A stretch of DNA of 63,383 nucleotides, the filler included, from Neolecta irregularis DAH-3 (taxonomy: Eukaryota), in the NCBI GenBank assembly GCA_001929475.1. It is 20 parts of 20 records of this genome, joined end to end, with 100 filler letters (N's around TTAATTAATTAA, not from the genome) between each part and the next. Parts side by side here need not be neighbours in the genome. Positions count along the whole stretch, not along the records: positions 21,635 to 28,360 come from LXFE01002024.1; positions 28,461 to 29,573 come from LXFE01002027.1; positions 29,674 to 30,862 come from LXFE01002030.1; positions 30,963 to 34,653 come from LXFE01002033.1; positions 34,754 to 37,695 come from LXFE01002035.1; positions 37,796 to 40,038 come from LXFE01002036.1; 14 more parts are not named here. The stretch is one strand, 5' to 3'. The notes under the pieces were generated by a model. It was not told where the DNA came from. It saw nothing but the letters and a program-made list of their open reading frames with translations, and made no database searches. Position 1 is the stretch's first letter, and the number at the start of each line of letters is the position of its first letter. Below are positions 28,307 through 40,138 of this stretch, one piece after another. The translations under genes were made by a program, and so were the position numbers.

Positions 28307-28822
28307 TGCGAATTGTTAGATTAAATCGGAGCTTTCGCCAAGCGCTGAGATTGACAAGGGNNNNNNNNNNNNNNNNNNNNNNNNNNNNNNNNNNNNNNNN
28401 NNNNTTAATTAATTAANNNNNNNNNNNNNNNNNNNNNNNNNNNNNNNNNNNNNNNNNNNNTGAAGAGACCCCCTTCATATAGACCTATTCAATTTCCAGG
28501 AACAAGGGTGCACACAGACATTTATTGTTTGCGAACCACACCCTAACAAAATAGGGGCATGAACCTTGAAATAGGGACATAAAGAAGGTCCACAATGGCC
28601 TACAATCAAGCATCTAGTTATTTAAAGCTTCAACAGCGCCTATCATTTCTCAGCTCGTTGCTCCATCATCTGTTGGGCCTCTGTCCTGTTTCTTGCAACA
28701 TCCTAAATTCTCTCCCTGTCAAGCATGGTGTTTGTGTAAGCTTTTACCCTCGCGTATGGCTTACCATTACAGAAGGGAGGCTTGCAATGATATTGCGGCG
28801 TTTTAGCTTGTACTATACAAGG

Positions 28823-28948
28823 TAGATAGGCGTTCATACCTTGCCAAGCTCAAGTCACTTAGGCTAGGTATGTCCGTAGCCAAGCTCAAGTCACTTAGGC
28901 CAGTATAATAAAACCTGGTCTTATCCGAACTCGCACTCCAACACTTAC
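28823..28948 (+). repeat. Dispersed hairpin/TATA element copy A (other copies 57905-58040 +, 53320-53400 -, 53960-54022 -)
   Basis: Shared CATACCTWGCC-AAG-N9-CTT-AGGCTAGGTATG hairpin and CTTRGGCYRG..AACCTRGTCTTAT..ACTTAC blocks. Confidence 0.8.
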
Positions 28949-29573
28949 ATGTGGATTATCCCTCGAAACCAAAAATATTTAACCTTGCTTCTTAGGCTCA
29001 TTGCTGTCATCGTTTTTGCACGTCTATTCATTACAGTAATGCCTTCTAAGAAGCCCGTTGTCAGTAACGAAAAACATACCTTTCATTCAGGGCGAAGGTC
29101 TAACGCCGCTATTGTTTCACTCTGTCGAAACTCGGAACTATACGAAATGGCTGGGTCTATTCGTCAGATTGAAGACCGGGTTAACAAAAATTTTAATTAT
29201 CCATGGGTTTTCCTCAATGACGAGCCGTTCTCGGAAGAGTTTATCAGCATGACTTCAGCGCTTGTCTCAGGTCCAACAGAATATGCTATAATTCCGCACG
29301 CACATTGGAGTTATCCTGAATGGGTCGACCTTCAAAAGTATCAACACTCGTTTGTATTACATCCTTATCCAACAGAGCAAAGGAGGGGAGGGATGCTTTA
29401 GAAGCTAAGCGAATCATATATGGTGAATCGGAGTCATATAGGTTTTTACGCATTACAAGAGTTGACTTATCATTAGGCATATGTGTCGATTTATGGCAGG
29501 ATTTTTACATCAACAGGAAATTCTTAAAAAGTACGACTACTATTGGAGAGTGGAGCCCTCGATTCAAATGTAC
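28949..29573 (+). CDS. KRE2/KTR family alpha-1,2-mannosyltransferase (GT15), partial
   Basis: Type II TM; NAAIVSLCRNSEL, SIRQIEDRVNKNFNYPWVFLNDEPFSEEF, HWSYPEWVD, IYGESESY|RHMCRF, YDYYWRVEP. Confidence 0.93.
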
Positions 29574-29674
29574 NNNNNNNNNNNNNNNNNNNNNNNNNNN
29601 NNNNNNNNNNNNNNNNNTTAATTAATTAANNNNNNNNNNNNNNNNNNNNNNNNNNNNNNNNNNNNNNNNNNNNG

Positions 29675-30677
29675 CCGAACTTTGAGGACAACACAAGCGA
29701 CAGCAGCGTCGGTTCCGAAAGTAACGATTACAACATTGAGTCCGATAAAGAATCGAGTTCTGATGAGTCAAAGACATACCGGAGACCATTGGACCGAACT
29801 TATCGGTTGCGTTCAACGCGAGATCCTTCAGTAAAACGTGCACGGCCAGCCCATGCGACAAGAAGTGCCACTAAAAGTGCGGCAAAGAAGGACATTAAGA
29901 TACCCAAACCCGGTCATATTGAAAACCTTAGAATTATCCTCGCTGGCAAAAAGCTTGGTGTCTCAAAAAAGTCCTCAAAGCCAGTGAGTACCGCCACAGT
30001 TCACGTTCGAAGACGAAACCTCGTAAACGCTGTCAGATATTTGGTGCGATAGTTCAAATTTCCCTTTGACGAATTATAGTTACAACCCGTCTTGGAAGTA
30101 ACAAGTATCCGATCCAAAGGAGAGGATATGGATCTTCTCTCACTTGCTGAACTTGCAAGGACAGAACTACTTCAATTTCAGGTATATAGAGCCCTTTGTA
30201 GTGAAATTTGACAGGAAGGAATCTCGCAAAGGACAAGACCAACTGTCTGCCATTGTAGATTGGGTTTATGAGAAAGTTCCTGACAATAATCAATTCTGCA
30301 CTGGCCCCAATATTGAGGGAATTATTAGCCTTATAAATACCGGGAAATGGGTGAACATGCGGAACCCGGATGAGCCTCATCAAACGTATTTTGCCATTTG
30401 TAATAGACGACAAGCAGCAGAAGGTTCCTTGACAGCTTTTGTATCTAACCTATCCTTTGATGTGAATCTGACCTCCCAGCTCAAGCTCGCACCTGAATTC
30501 CGTACAGGAAATGACTTACATGCATTAAAAAAAGTCAAGCCAGAACTTGAAGAAATTGCACAGAAATTGCCAGGGAATAAGGTACATTCATGTGCGAGGT
30601 GTCCTAATTTCAAGAAATACAACAGTCTAGAAGTAATCCGAATATGGTGCAATGAACATCTCCCATATCAAAAATAG
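29675..30677 (+). CDS. Uncharacterised protein (partial), basic N-terminal region and C-terminal CxxC...CxxH motif
   Basis: Open frames 29675-30022 and 30144-30677 separated by intron-like sequence; no recognised family. Confidence 0.5.
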
Positions 30678-30962
30678 ATTTAGAGTAGACGATAGAGTTT
30701 GTGCGTGGAAATTAGTTTCTACAAGTTACTTTGAATGTAAAGATTGTTTTATTTCTCGATTTTCTCATCTGTTTTTTTGAAGACGATACCGAGCACAATG
30801 AGATCCAACCAGACTTGCTAATATGTAAAACTTTCAAATAGAATTTACTTACTTACTTGCTTNNNNNNNNNNNNNNNNNNNNNNNNNNNNNNNNNNNNNN
30901 NNNNNNTTAATTAATTAANNNNNNNNNNNNNNNNNNNNNNNNNNNNNNNNNNNNNNNNNNNN

Positions 30963-31066
30963 ACGACGCGGATCTCGATCCTACCTCCCCAAATGGGGAC
31001 CGGTTCAAGGATGCTGTTGATCAGTACCACCGCCCCAACAACCTCAACGCCGCCTCAAATTTCTAA
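30963..31066 (+). CDS. C-terminus of a tandem paralog of the 31384-31965 Mid2-like gene
   Basis: DRFKDAVDQYHRPNNLNAASNF* vs DRFKDAVDQYHRPRTLNPSSNF*. Confidence 0.75.
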
Positions 31067-31383
31067 TTATATCGCTCTAGCATCACCACCGTCATCGTAC
31101 CGCCATCATCGTCATAGTATCCCATCTTGAAGATGGATGAATAAAATGGTCGAGTCTTTAAATATACTTTTTAATTGAAGCGATGTAGTAGTGTGCAAGC
31201 GTGCCGTGCGACGTGTAGTGTGACGCGAACTAGCACGGATATGCCGCGGAATGAGCAGTCAGGTGTGAAGAGCCGAGAGGTGAGGTTCACATGGAGGGAG
31301 AGCGCCCAGTGGGGGCTAGAGGTGAGTGGGCGTGACTGGAAGAAATTGCCCTGCAGCGCCAGCCAGTGCTGCTCCCGCTGGCC

Positions 31384-31965
31384 ATGCTTGTCTCTCTCGC
31401 GCTCTGCTCCCTGCTTGCTGCCGCTGCCGCTGCCGCTACCGTCGCACCCGCAAAACTAGACCTGGGCAATTCCCTGCTTGTCCCCCGCAGCAACGTCACC
31501 TCGAAACCTATTCCGCCTTCCTCCTCTGCTGTCTCGCCCTCCTCGCACCCCCCTCAATCCTCCGATCCTCAATCTTTTTCAGTCGCCTCCACTCCAACTT
31601 CCACAAAGTCTTTCCCCAGCCCTGCAGCCTCGTCCCCGGTCTCTCTAGTCACCCAGTTCGTCACCCAGCAAGGCGTCGTCCAAACACTCGCCCACACCCC
31701 TAGCCCAGAAGCAACACTCTCCACCCCCTCGTCTTCGACTGCCTCTTCAGGCATCTCTGCAAAAACAAGAAACACAGTCATTGGCATCACAGTAGGCATA
31801 GGCGGCGCTGCCCTCCTCGCTATCATCGCCATAGTCTCTTGGAGAATTAAATCCCACAAAGAAGAACCAGAATCAGTTCACTCCTCCCCTGAAATCGACC
31901 GCTTCAAAGATGCGGTAGATCAATACCATCGCCCAAGGACCCTCAACCCTTCCTCAAATTTCTAA
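31384..31965 (+). CDS. Mid2/Wsc-like cell-surface sensor: signal peptide, Ser/Thr-rich stalk, single TM, short tail
   Basis: MLVSLALCSLLAAAAAA; S/T/P-rich; TRNTVIGITVGIGGAALLAIIAIVSWR; conserved ..DQYH..N.SSNF end. Confidence 0.8.
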   Translation: MLVSLALCSLLAAAAAAATVAPAKLDLGNSLLVPRSNVTSKPIPPSSSAVSPSSHPPQSSDPQSFSVASTPTSTKSFPSPAASSPVSLVTQFVTQQGVVQTLAHTPSPEATLSTPSSSTASSGISAKTRNTVIGITVGIGGAALLAIIAIVSWRIKSHKEEPESVHSSPEIDRFKDAVDQYHRPRTLNPSSNF

Positions 31966-32279
31966 TTTGCTTCCAAATTTTATCGTTACCATCATTATAT
32001 GTCCTTTGTTGTTACTAGAACCTTGCCTCTCTGGCATTGAAGGCGCGTACTTGACCTTTTGTAATTATTTGTACTTGAAATGACGTAGTGGCGTTATATC
32101 CCCGCTCGCCCGTCTCGCTTAACATGCATGCATGAATCTTTTCTCCCGGAGACACTGGTGGAATTTGTTTAGCGTGGTTGGGCACGCAGTTGACAAGTTA
32201 CAAATCGCCACTCCTACACTGTCCCTCTCAACTTTCGATTGCGATTTATCTTTGCTGTGCGACTTCATAGTCCTTCTCC

Positions 32280-34326
32280 ATGGCAGACATTTACGATCAA
32301 AAAGCTGATCTGGGAATTGAGAGAATATATAACCTTCCCCTCAGCGATCATTCCCTGAAACAAGATCCAAAACTCAAACAGATAGTTCACCATAAAATCT
32401 CTTTATCTCAAGTACCTACACCGGGTTCAAACGACCAGATAAACGCTTGGAAAGGTAAAACTAGCAAGTATCTCGCTCATATCCTAGCTCTTCGAGATCC
32501 AGATTTTGTTGAGCGACCCGATGGCCTTGGTAAAGGAAACCTTCATCATCAAGGTAAATTCCCCTCTATTCTAGATTCTAAGCTATAGGTGTAAACTTTC
32601 ATCCAGAACAAAAGAATCAAGTACTCGCGAAAAAGTCAAATATCGCTGAAAACCAGGGATCGCTTAAGAATTTAGCAGCACACCCATCAGTTGAGCTCAA
32701 ATCGCAGCATACAGGCGTTCGGTTATCCGTGGATAAATGGAACTCTGCGATACAATTGAATTCTGCCCCAAAGGTAGCCACTGTATCGCCTATGTTACAA
32801 ACACAAACATGTCTTCAATCTCAAATTTCAAGACCAAAAAGTTCATTGCCAACGACATCAACAGAATCAAAACCATCTAATAAACAATTGACAATCTCAA
32901 ATCCAATCAATAAAGCGTCCAGCGTTTCTTCTTCACGTCACGCCGCCAGCAGCAGCGGAGGAGGGGGGACAAGAGCTCCAAATGCGTATTCCTTTTATTC
33001 TTGGGGATAGATGTTGATTTATAGGTGGGGTTCAAAGCCGCTTGCAGCTAATGCCTTTTGGGAGGCGGCTCGAACTTGTATTGATTCAGCGACCAAGTGG
33101 GATGTTTTGCGTGCAACTGATATCAAGAACGACCGGGATACCTCTATCACCGCTGAAAAGAGCGCTGAATCGCAAACACCAACCGATACCAAAGCCACGG
33201 TATTTAAACCGCCGCCTACTTCAAAAATTGAACAAACACCCTACAAGAGCGCTGAATCGCAAACACCAACCGATACCAAAGCCACGGTATTTAAGCCACC
33301 GCCTACTTCAGAAATTGAACAAACACCCTATTCAGCACCACAATTTCTCCGATGTATGCGTGAAAAATGTTCGAGTTCAAGTTTAGCACCAAAAGTTGGG
33401 TTTACCGGATTCGAAACTTTTCTCGGTGTACAATCTAGTGAATCAATTAAACATTTTCCCGAATTGTACTACAAGGCGATTATTGAACAACTGGGCCCAA
33501 CTGAACTTGATTATTCAGACGATACATCAAATGAAAATTGCTCAAAAGTTAAGGATCATCCTCATACAACTCCCTTGCCTCCTCTCGATTCATCCATTCC
33601 AAAAATCCTGCAATCTCAAAATCTCGAGTCGTCTGTTGATTCGTCTATATTACAGTCCGCTAATATCGCGCCGCCATTCTCTATTTCTAACCTCTTTCAC
33701 TCTATTTTTAATAAGTCTACGACTAATACCGCTGATTCTCAAATCTTGAATCAAAAGGATGAAGCTAGTGGGTCACGGTTAATCCAGCAGATGGAAAATG
33801 ATACTTGTAACGTGGAGCTTCCTGCTATATCGGCTGCTTCGGGAGATACACTCTTCCCTCCTATTTCAAAATTGCCCCAGATTTCAAGTAAACCGACAAA
33901 CAACACACCCAACAAATCACCAGTCGACTCTAAACTTTCTTGCAATAAAACGTCCAATCACAAATCAGTAGAGTCTAAAAGTACTATCAATGAAACGAAA
34001 CACGGAACCATGAACTCAAATTCAAGCACTCCCTCGCCTGTACAACGCAACTCGCCACTTTTAACCACAGCCCCGACTCAATCGCGCAACCCCACTGCAC
34101 GCAAAAAACGCCCTTTGAATATTTATATAAATTCAGGGTATGTTCACTCCAACGCGCGCATTAACTCTTCAGCGACGAAAATATCGCCCAATTATCCATT
34201 TACGAACATGAAAATTCGGCAGAAGTGATTCGAGCAGCGTTACATGGGAAAGTACCAGACTCGGAAATAAGTCGGATAAGCACAGAAGTAGCTGCTGCTT
34301 TACGCAAGAACGCAGGCCAACCTTAA
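32280..34326 (+). CDS. Uncharacterised, largely disordered Ser/Thr/Pro-rich protein, 4 exons, with internal 87-bp duplication
   Basis: Exons joined by short GT-AG introns; last exon INSG|DENIAQLSIYEHENSAEVIR..GQP*; repeat 33158-33244/33245-33331. Confidence 0.65.
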
Positions 34327-34932
34327 TCGCACCCACATTTCAGAGCTTTCTTCCGAGCGAATAATAATTTTCGCGCAAAGAAAGTTGGGAATGTGGTACT
34401 GTAGAATTGAACCCTCTATTCCCGTTAAAGAAATTTCTTCAGGTTTTCGAAAATGAGAAAACATTGTGATAGATGACACTGAACGGTTAAGCGATTGACA
34501 CATTGATTGCTTCTGAAGAAGAGTGGCGTTTGAGAGCGAGCACAAGTGTCCTCTGGACAAATGTAAGTATGCTGTGCAGACTCACAACAAGACGATTGGT
34601 ATATAATGTCACGTGACCCGCGACGAATCTTGCCAGCTGGACTTTGAGCAAATNNNNNNNNNNNNNNNNNNNNNNNNNNNNNNNNNNNNNNNNNNNNTTA
34701 ATTAATTAANNNNNNNNNNNNNNNNNNNNNNNNNNNNNNNNNNNNNNNNNNNNTACTTTATTTACCTCATTATGAGATTGCAGAGACACTAAAACACTCT
34801 CAGCAGAGGTGATACATCCACTAATCCTTGTCAATTTTCACAGGAGTGATGGTTCGGGTACCTGCAAGCGAGACAGTCATTCAGTGTGATACTCGCAGCC
34901 TCAAGTTGCTTTTCTGATCCATNNNNNNNNNN

Positions 34933-35116
34933 ATTCAATCAATTTCAACATGGTCAACAACATCATCATATATAACCAGAGAATATGTGGAATATAGATG
35001 AGACTGGAAGTGCACTAGGCATTTGTTCAAATGGTGAGGTTATTGCAAGCTCAGAAAGGTAATGAATATATGTCAAATTAGTACAAAATCATGAATGGGT
35101 GTTGGTTGTTGAGTAA
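34933..35116 (+). mobile_element. Degenerate pogo/Fot1-like DDE transposase fragment
   Basis: PENMWNIDETGSALGICSNGEV...NHEWVLVVE with in-frame stops. Confidence 0.75.
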
Positions 35117-36807
35117 TCACCATTTTTCGCCTAGTGGATTGCCCAAGTTATGTTCCACAGCCCGATAGCCCGTGTACAAAAGCTCCTTTTCCTGTCCCCT
35201 CATCCACCCATAAACCTCCTGCACACTCTTCAAGTCCAGTGTACAAGTCGGCAATCCTTGGTAAATTCCCTCAACATAATCCACCCATTCCTTGGGAGTA
35301 TATATTCGTTCTTCCATCGTTAGTACCGGCTTTACTTGGCCTCCCCCATTGATACAACCTGCAAGCAGTCAGAAAGATTTCTAGAGTTGCGCACCGCCGG
35401 GACAAGCCATCACTTCTACGTAATCGTATTCCTTGCATTCTCTAGTTCGGTGGCGACCCGGGCTGTCCTTTTTAAGCTTCCGTACCAGGTTTTGAATGTT
35501 GCGGAAACCGTAACAGGTAGCCATTCTGAGCAAAACATCGCCTGTTGATGAAAGTAATGTATATTCCTTCATATCATTATTCCGTATCGTTTTTATGGTT
35601 ATATGCTTCTGGCTCGCCACTTCCAGATCGTTAATATCGAATAACTGCTGGGCTGCTAAAGTCATTATATGAGCCAAATAGCCACCTGAAGACGATCCAA
35701 GATGTGTATACGGTAAATAATCCCTGCCCATTTAGCTTTGAAAGGCTATCTAGTAAAATACCATTTTTTGCTTTTCTGAGCTTCTGTAACCTCTCGTAAA
35801 TCTACATTAGCTTCCTTTATCATTGCCACCAGTTCGGTCGTAGTAATAACACAATCCACATCCCTCGTTCCATCAACTTCGAAATCCCCCCGACTCGCTT
35901 CTAATTTCTTGTCGAAACAGGGCATCACCGAGACATGGTAAATTTGCTTCCTCTCGATGCCGCGGTTTGCAAATAGACAGGATTTTAAGAGCATCCCCAT
36001 GATTTGCTGTGGCGATCGAACGCGAGACATATACGGCAGCACCTCTCCATGGGTTTTCTCCGCGTAGCAAATCCATCCGGGACATGAACTCGCAAGTACA
36101 GGAAGCGCCTGTGCCTCTCCGCCCATCTTCCGTGCTCCATATCGCTGTAAGAATTCCTGTGCCGATTCATGGAGACAAATTTCCCGGGCAATCGAGATAT
36201 CAAAGACATAATCGAAATTTAAGATTTCAGTAAGAAATGTGACGAGACGAGCGTGAGTGGAAGGTATTGATAAATTAAAGGCAGCTGCGATCGAAGCTCT
36301 TGATTGTGGAGATATTGAGATAACGACAAGTTGTCGATCGCCTTGGGATTTCATCTGGATTTAAATTATCTTCTTACGTAACAGTAATACCTGATTCTCT
36401 TTCAGTACTTTATTTACCTCATTATGAGATTGCAGAGACACTAAAACACTCTCAGCAGAGGTGATACATCCGCTAATCCTTGTCAATTTTCACAGGAGTG
36501 ATGGGTCAGGTACCTGCAAGCGAGACAGTCATTCAGTGTGATACTCGCAGCCTCAAGTTGCTTTTCTGATCCATCAATCCCAACTTCATAGTAGCTCGTT
36601 CCGTCGACTCTGATTTCGGTCTATCCAGCTGTTAGTATGCGATAGTGGTATTTGTAAGATTTTACTTTGCCACTCAAGTTGGTTTTTACAATTTCGACCG
36701 GTTTGATGCACGCCTATTCAAGTCACCCCATTTTCAAATAGGGATAAATATACCTGTCCAGGACTGATGAAATCGTTCAAATCCTCTGCGCGGAGAATCC
36801 GGCTCAT
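35117..36807 (-). CDS. NAR1: Cytosolic Fe-S cluster assembly factor Nar1 (IOP1/NARFL)
   Basis: MSRILRAEDLNDFISPGQ|ACIKP, SITLNDCLACSGCITSAESVL, LASSCPGWICYAEK, VMPCFDKKLEASR, YGFRNIQNLV, EVMACPGG, terminal Trp. Confidence 0.96.
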
Positions 36808-36918
36808 GAACGGGATATAATGGTGGGCACCTGATCCGAGTTGATTTGATCCCGTGCAGATCCGATCCGAACCTCCGAATCATCCCGACTCCTCCACCTT
36901 ACTCCAGTGTAACCAACA

Positions 36919-37365
36919 ATGCATATATCTCAGCCCCATTTTTGCTCTTCCTGTCTTCATCATAAAACTTTGCGAACGTTTGAAATCCTCGTAGATAGAC
37001 TACGAGGTGATAAAAATACTTCTCCGATACTCTGGCCCAAGGGTTGCCCCATGACCCAGAACCTTCAAAAAGTATCAAGGTTCAAGGAACGAGGACTTGG
37101 GAGGACAATGGGCTCAGCCAGTCAATTAGGCAAAAAACGAAGTCAAGTGCACTCTGGTGGTCTTATTTACCCAATTGTTCATCAAAAAAGTCTATCAGAT
37201 AAATCTTGTCAACCACAAAACTTGATGTTCCCCGATGAAAAATATTCTAATGCAACGGAGAGGATTGCAGAGTTCAAAAAGAAAGTCAGAAAGACTATTA
37301 ATAAAGTCTTGGGCAATGAACTGCCGGTGTTTGAGAATGACGAAGAGCATATACATTGTATTTGA
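36919..37365 (+). CDS. Hypothetical protein divergent from NAR1 (may continue in further exons)
   Basis: 148-aa ORF beginning 111 bp from NAR1 ATG; no recognised motif. Confidence 0.35.
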   Translation: MHISQPHFCSSCLHHKTLRTFEILVDRLRGDKNTSPILWPKGCPMTQNLQKVSRFKERGLGRTMGSASQLGKKRSQVHSGGLIYPIVHQKSLSDKSCQPQNLMFPDEKYSNATERIAEFKKKVRKTINKVLGNELPVFENDEEHIHCI

Positions 37366-37795
37366 CTATTAAGGAAGGCTATTGAGAATTCTGCAAGTGG
37401 AGGTAATTCTCTATAATTGAACCCGTAGGTTGTTATCAACGAACTGTATCATAAGAATAAATGTCATCATGTCTAGATGAGTATATGCAATGTTCTCTCA
37501 TGCATATGGCGACAGCTTCTATACATGCTCCTTGTGGGAATAAAGAATATGATTACAAAATAATGACTCTNNNNNNNNNNTCCCATGACCCAGAACCTTC
37601 AAAAAGTATCAAGGTTCAAGGAACGAGGTCTTGGGAGGACAATGGGCTCAGCCAGTCAATTAGGCAAAAAACGAAGTCAAGTGCACTCTGGTGGTNNNNN
37701 NNNNNNNNNNNNNNNNNNNNNNNNNNNNNNNNNNNNNNNTTAATTAATTAANNNNNNNNNNNNNNNNNNNNNNNNNNNNNNNNNNNNNNNNNNNN

Positions 37796-37969
37796 AATAC
37801 TACAAATCTCCTCGACCTGGGGTCTCGTGTCATCGACCATCCCGCCAGTGGACTCGGCTGGGAGGCAGACTATGCGATAGATACAATCATGGTGCATCAA
37901 TTGAAAACCGCACAGCTATGGGCACAGGCCTTGGATTATTTTGCCTCAAATGTTTTTGCATGGACATAG
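37796..37969 (+). CDS. C-terminal end of a probable GT31-like galactosyltransferase
   Basis: VIDHPASGLGW...DTIMVHQLKTAQLW..YF* resembles fungal GT31-like C-termini; same contig carries a GT31-like N-terminus downstream. Confidence 0.45.
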   Translation, partial: NTTNLLDLGSRVIDHPASGLGWEADYAIDTIMVHQLKTAQLWAQALDYFASNVFAWT

Positions 37970-39590
37970 GACAATGGAGTTGAACTAATCCCGGGGTTTG
38001 CATTTTTGATACAACTATATTTTTAGGTTTTCTGTAAAGAACAACTATTGTAACATATTATCTCTTGGCCGGTTTTTTGCCAAGCACTAGTACGCTGCAC
38101 ATACAAAGTTCATGTCTGATCACTCTGTCAGGTGATCCATGACAAATCTTGCGAATATAACTTTGAGCAAATTGCAATCAATTCACAGTTGATCAACCAA
38201 CCAACGTATTCAAAAGAAACAAACACTATTGGAATCAGAAATTAAAGGCAAAACTAATGGTCTGCCAACAAATTCATTACAAGAAAGTCAAAGGGGGACC
38301 TTTGAAGAAGCATCACATGGAGGAAACTAACAAACTGCCATACAACCTAACAGCCTGTGAGAGCATTCTCCAGGTGGGTGGTTGCATCTCTTGGTGAAGA
38401 TGGGAGGCATAAAAATCCAGTCTGAGAGGCCCTACCCGCCAGAGAGGCTCCGGCGGGTAGACAGTTCAAATTTTTCCGGCAGGCGGCCGGCATACTAATC
38501 TGTTGCAGATGGACCATATACTTAATCCAGTCCATTAAAAGGCCATGGATAAAGTCCATGGACTGGACTATGGAAATAGCCCGGCCCATGAACCATGGGC
38601 CTAAAGGGACGTATCACCTGATATTATATTGTCGGGATTTATTGCGTTTATCAAAGTGACATGGAAAACGCTCTGCTTGCTTCCTCCGCATAATCGTATT
38701 TAAGATCAGGTAGACTATGAGCAAGTCGTGATGAACAACTCAATAAACGGATATCCATTACCCCGACGGCAATGGATTTACACAAGGCACTTAGAGTGGG
38801 CGAGGGTGATGGAGCCTGTGACACGCAGGCTGCAAGTCGGGGAGATTCGCGGGATATTTGGATAACTTTAGCTTTGTGTTTTTGAGATGGTTTGAGGAAC
38901 ATGAGGTAGAGGGGGAGAATGAAGATGTGTTGAAAGTTGAGCGATAGGTAAGGACGAGGAAAAGAGAGAATGAAAAGATTGTATTTCGCTGCCACAAAAG
39001 ACTAGCTCCCAGCCCTTATAGAAAGGAGATAACTATCCATCCCCCTTTTTCCTACAGAGAAACGTGAGCTACTTATACAAAGAAACAAATATTAGAGAGA
39101 AACTATATAAAGGAGAAAGTAGTAAAAGGTGACCTTGATGCCTAACACTTATCATATCCTTGATAACTGCCATATCCGGGATTAGGCCATATTCTTGGCT
39201 TTGGCGGTGGACAGGTGATTGTTGAGGTAAATATTTGTGTTGTTGTGATTAATTGGGTGAGAACAAGGGTTTTGAATGTGTTAAGTCTGAGTAAGCAGTG
39301 GGCAACCGAGAGAAAATGGGAGGACGATTAAAAGGGGTTTTAGACGGAGGAAAAGGGGGGTGTGAATAGCTAATGGTTTCCAGAGCTAGCTGTTTGTGGA
39401 GGGGGAAAGGAGAGTGAGGTTCTGTAGTAAAGATAATTTCTTGAAAAGGTTGTGAAAAATGTGTCTCGTACAACAAGCAGACGAGGGAGTTCTAACCACA
39501 TTGAACCTAGATACATCATTATAAATATCAAAAATACCACAAAATCTTAGCAATATAACTCCCAAGGAGAATTATCTTCACATGTATAAG

Positions 39591-39668
39591 ATGGTCTGGA
39601 CCGTCTAGTGATTAGACTGGCCAGGCCGGGGCCCCTGGTCTCGTTGGTCTAGTCGATTAGGAACACTA
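39591..39668 (-). mobile_element. hAT-like transposon end (TAGTGTTCCTAA terminus with GACCA/TGGTC subterminal repeats)
   Basis: Terminus matches CAGTGTTCCTAA at 44552 and 63319. Confidence 0.65.
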
Positions 39669-39782
39669 GTAGCAGATGGAGGAGTGATGAATACGAAATA
39701 TCTCAGTTAGCACGACTATAAATGGCTGAACTTATTCATGCAATTGTGACTTGCCGGATTTATACTCGTCCTTCGACTTGTC

Positions 39783-40038
39783 ATGCAGTTTCCAGTTTTT
39801 CATAATAAAGGCGTTTTCAAGCCTGTCGGAACCTGCGTATTTGTCTTTTCTCTATTCCTTCTATCAATCTTGGCCTTTCGAAATTATTGGCCTGTCGGAT
39901 ACTATAGTTTTCAATCTCCTTCTCAAGAGCCGGTGCGTATATTCATCGGCATCCTCTCTACATATGACAAACTCGGAGAGAGGTTCTATGTCAGAGAAAC
40001 ATACCGCGAGATGAAAAAACATTTTGATCCCCGTGATA
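39783..40038 (+). CDS. GT31-like galactosyltransferase N-terminus (type II membrane, partial)
   Basis: TM segment then VRIFIGILSTYDKLGERFYVRETY, typical GT31 first strand/helix. Confidence 0.7.
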
Positions 40039-40138
40039 NNNNNNNNNNNNNNNNNNNNNNNNNNNNNNNNNNNNNNNNNNNNTTAATTAATTAANNNNNN
40101 NNNNNNNNNNNNNNNNNNNNNNNNNNNNNNNNNNNNNN

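Noticed and set aside
35117..36807. Fe-only hydrogenase-like gene
   Set aside because: Motifs and terminal Trp identify ordinary Nar1 of the CIA pathway
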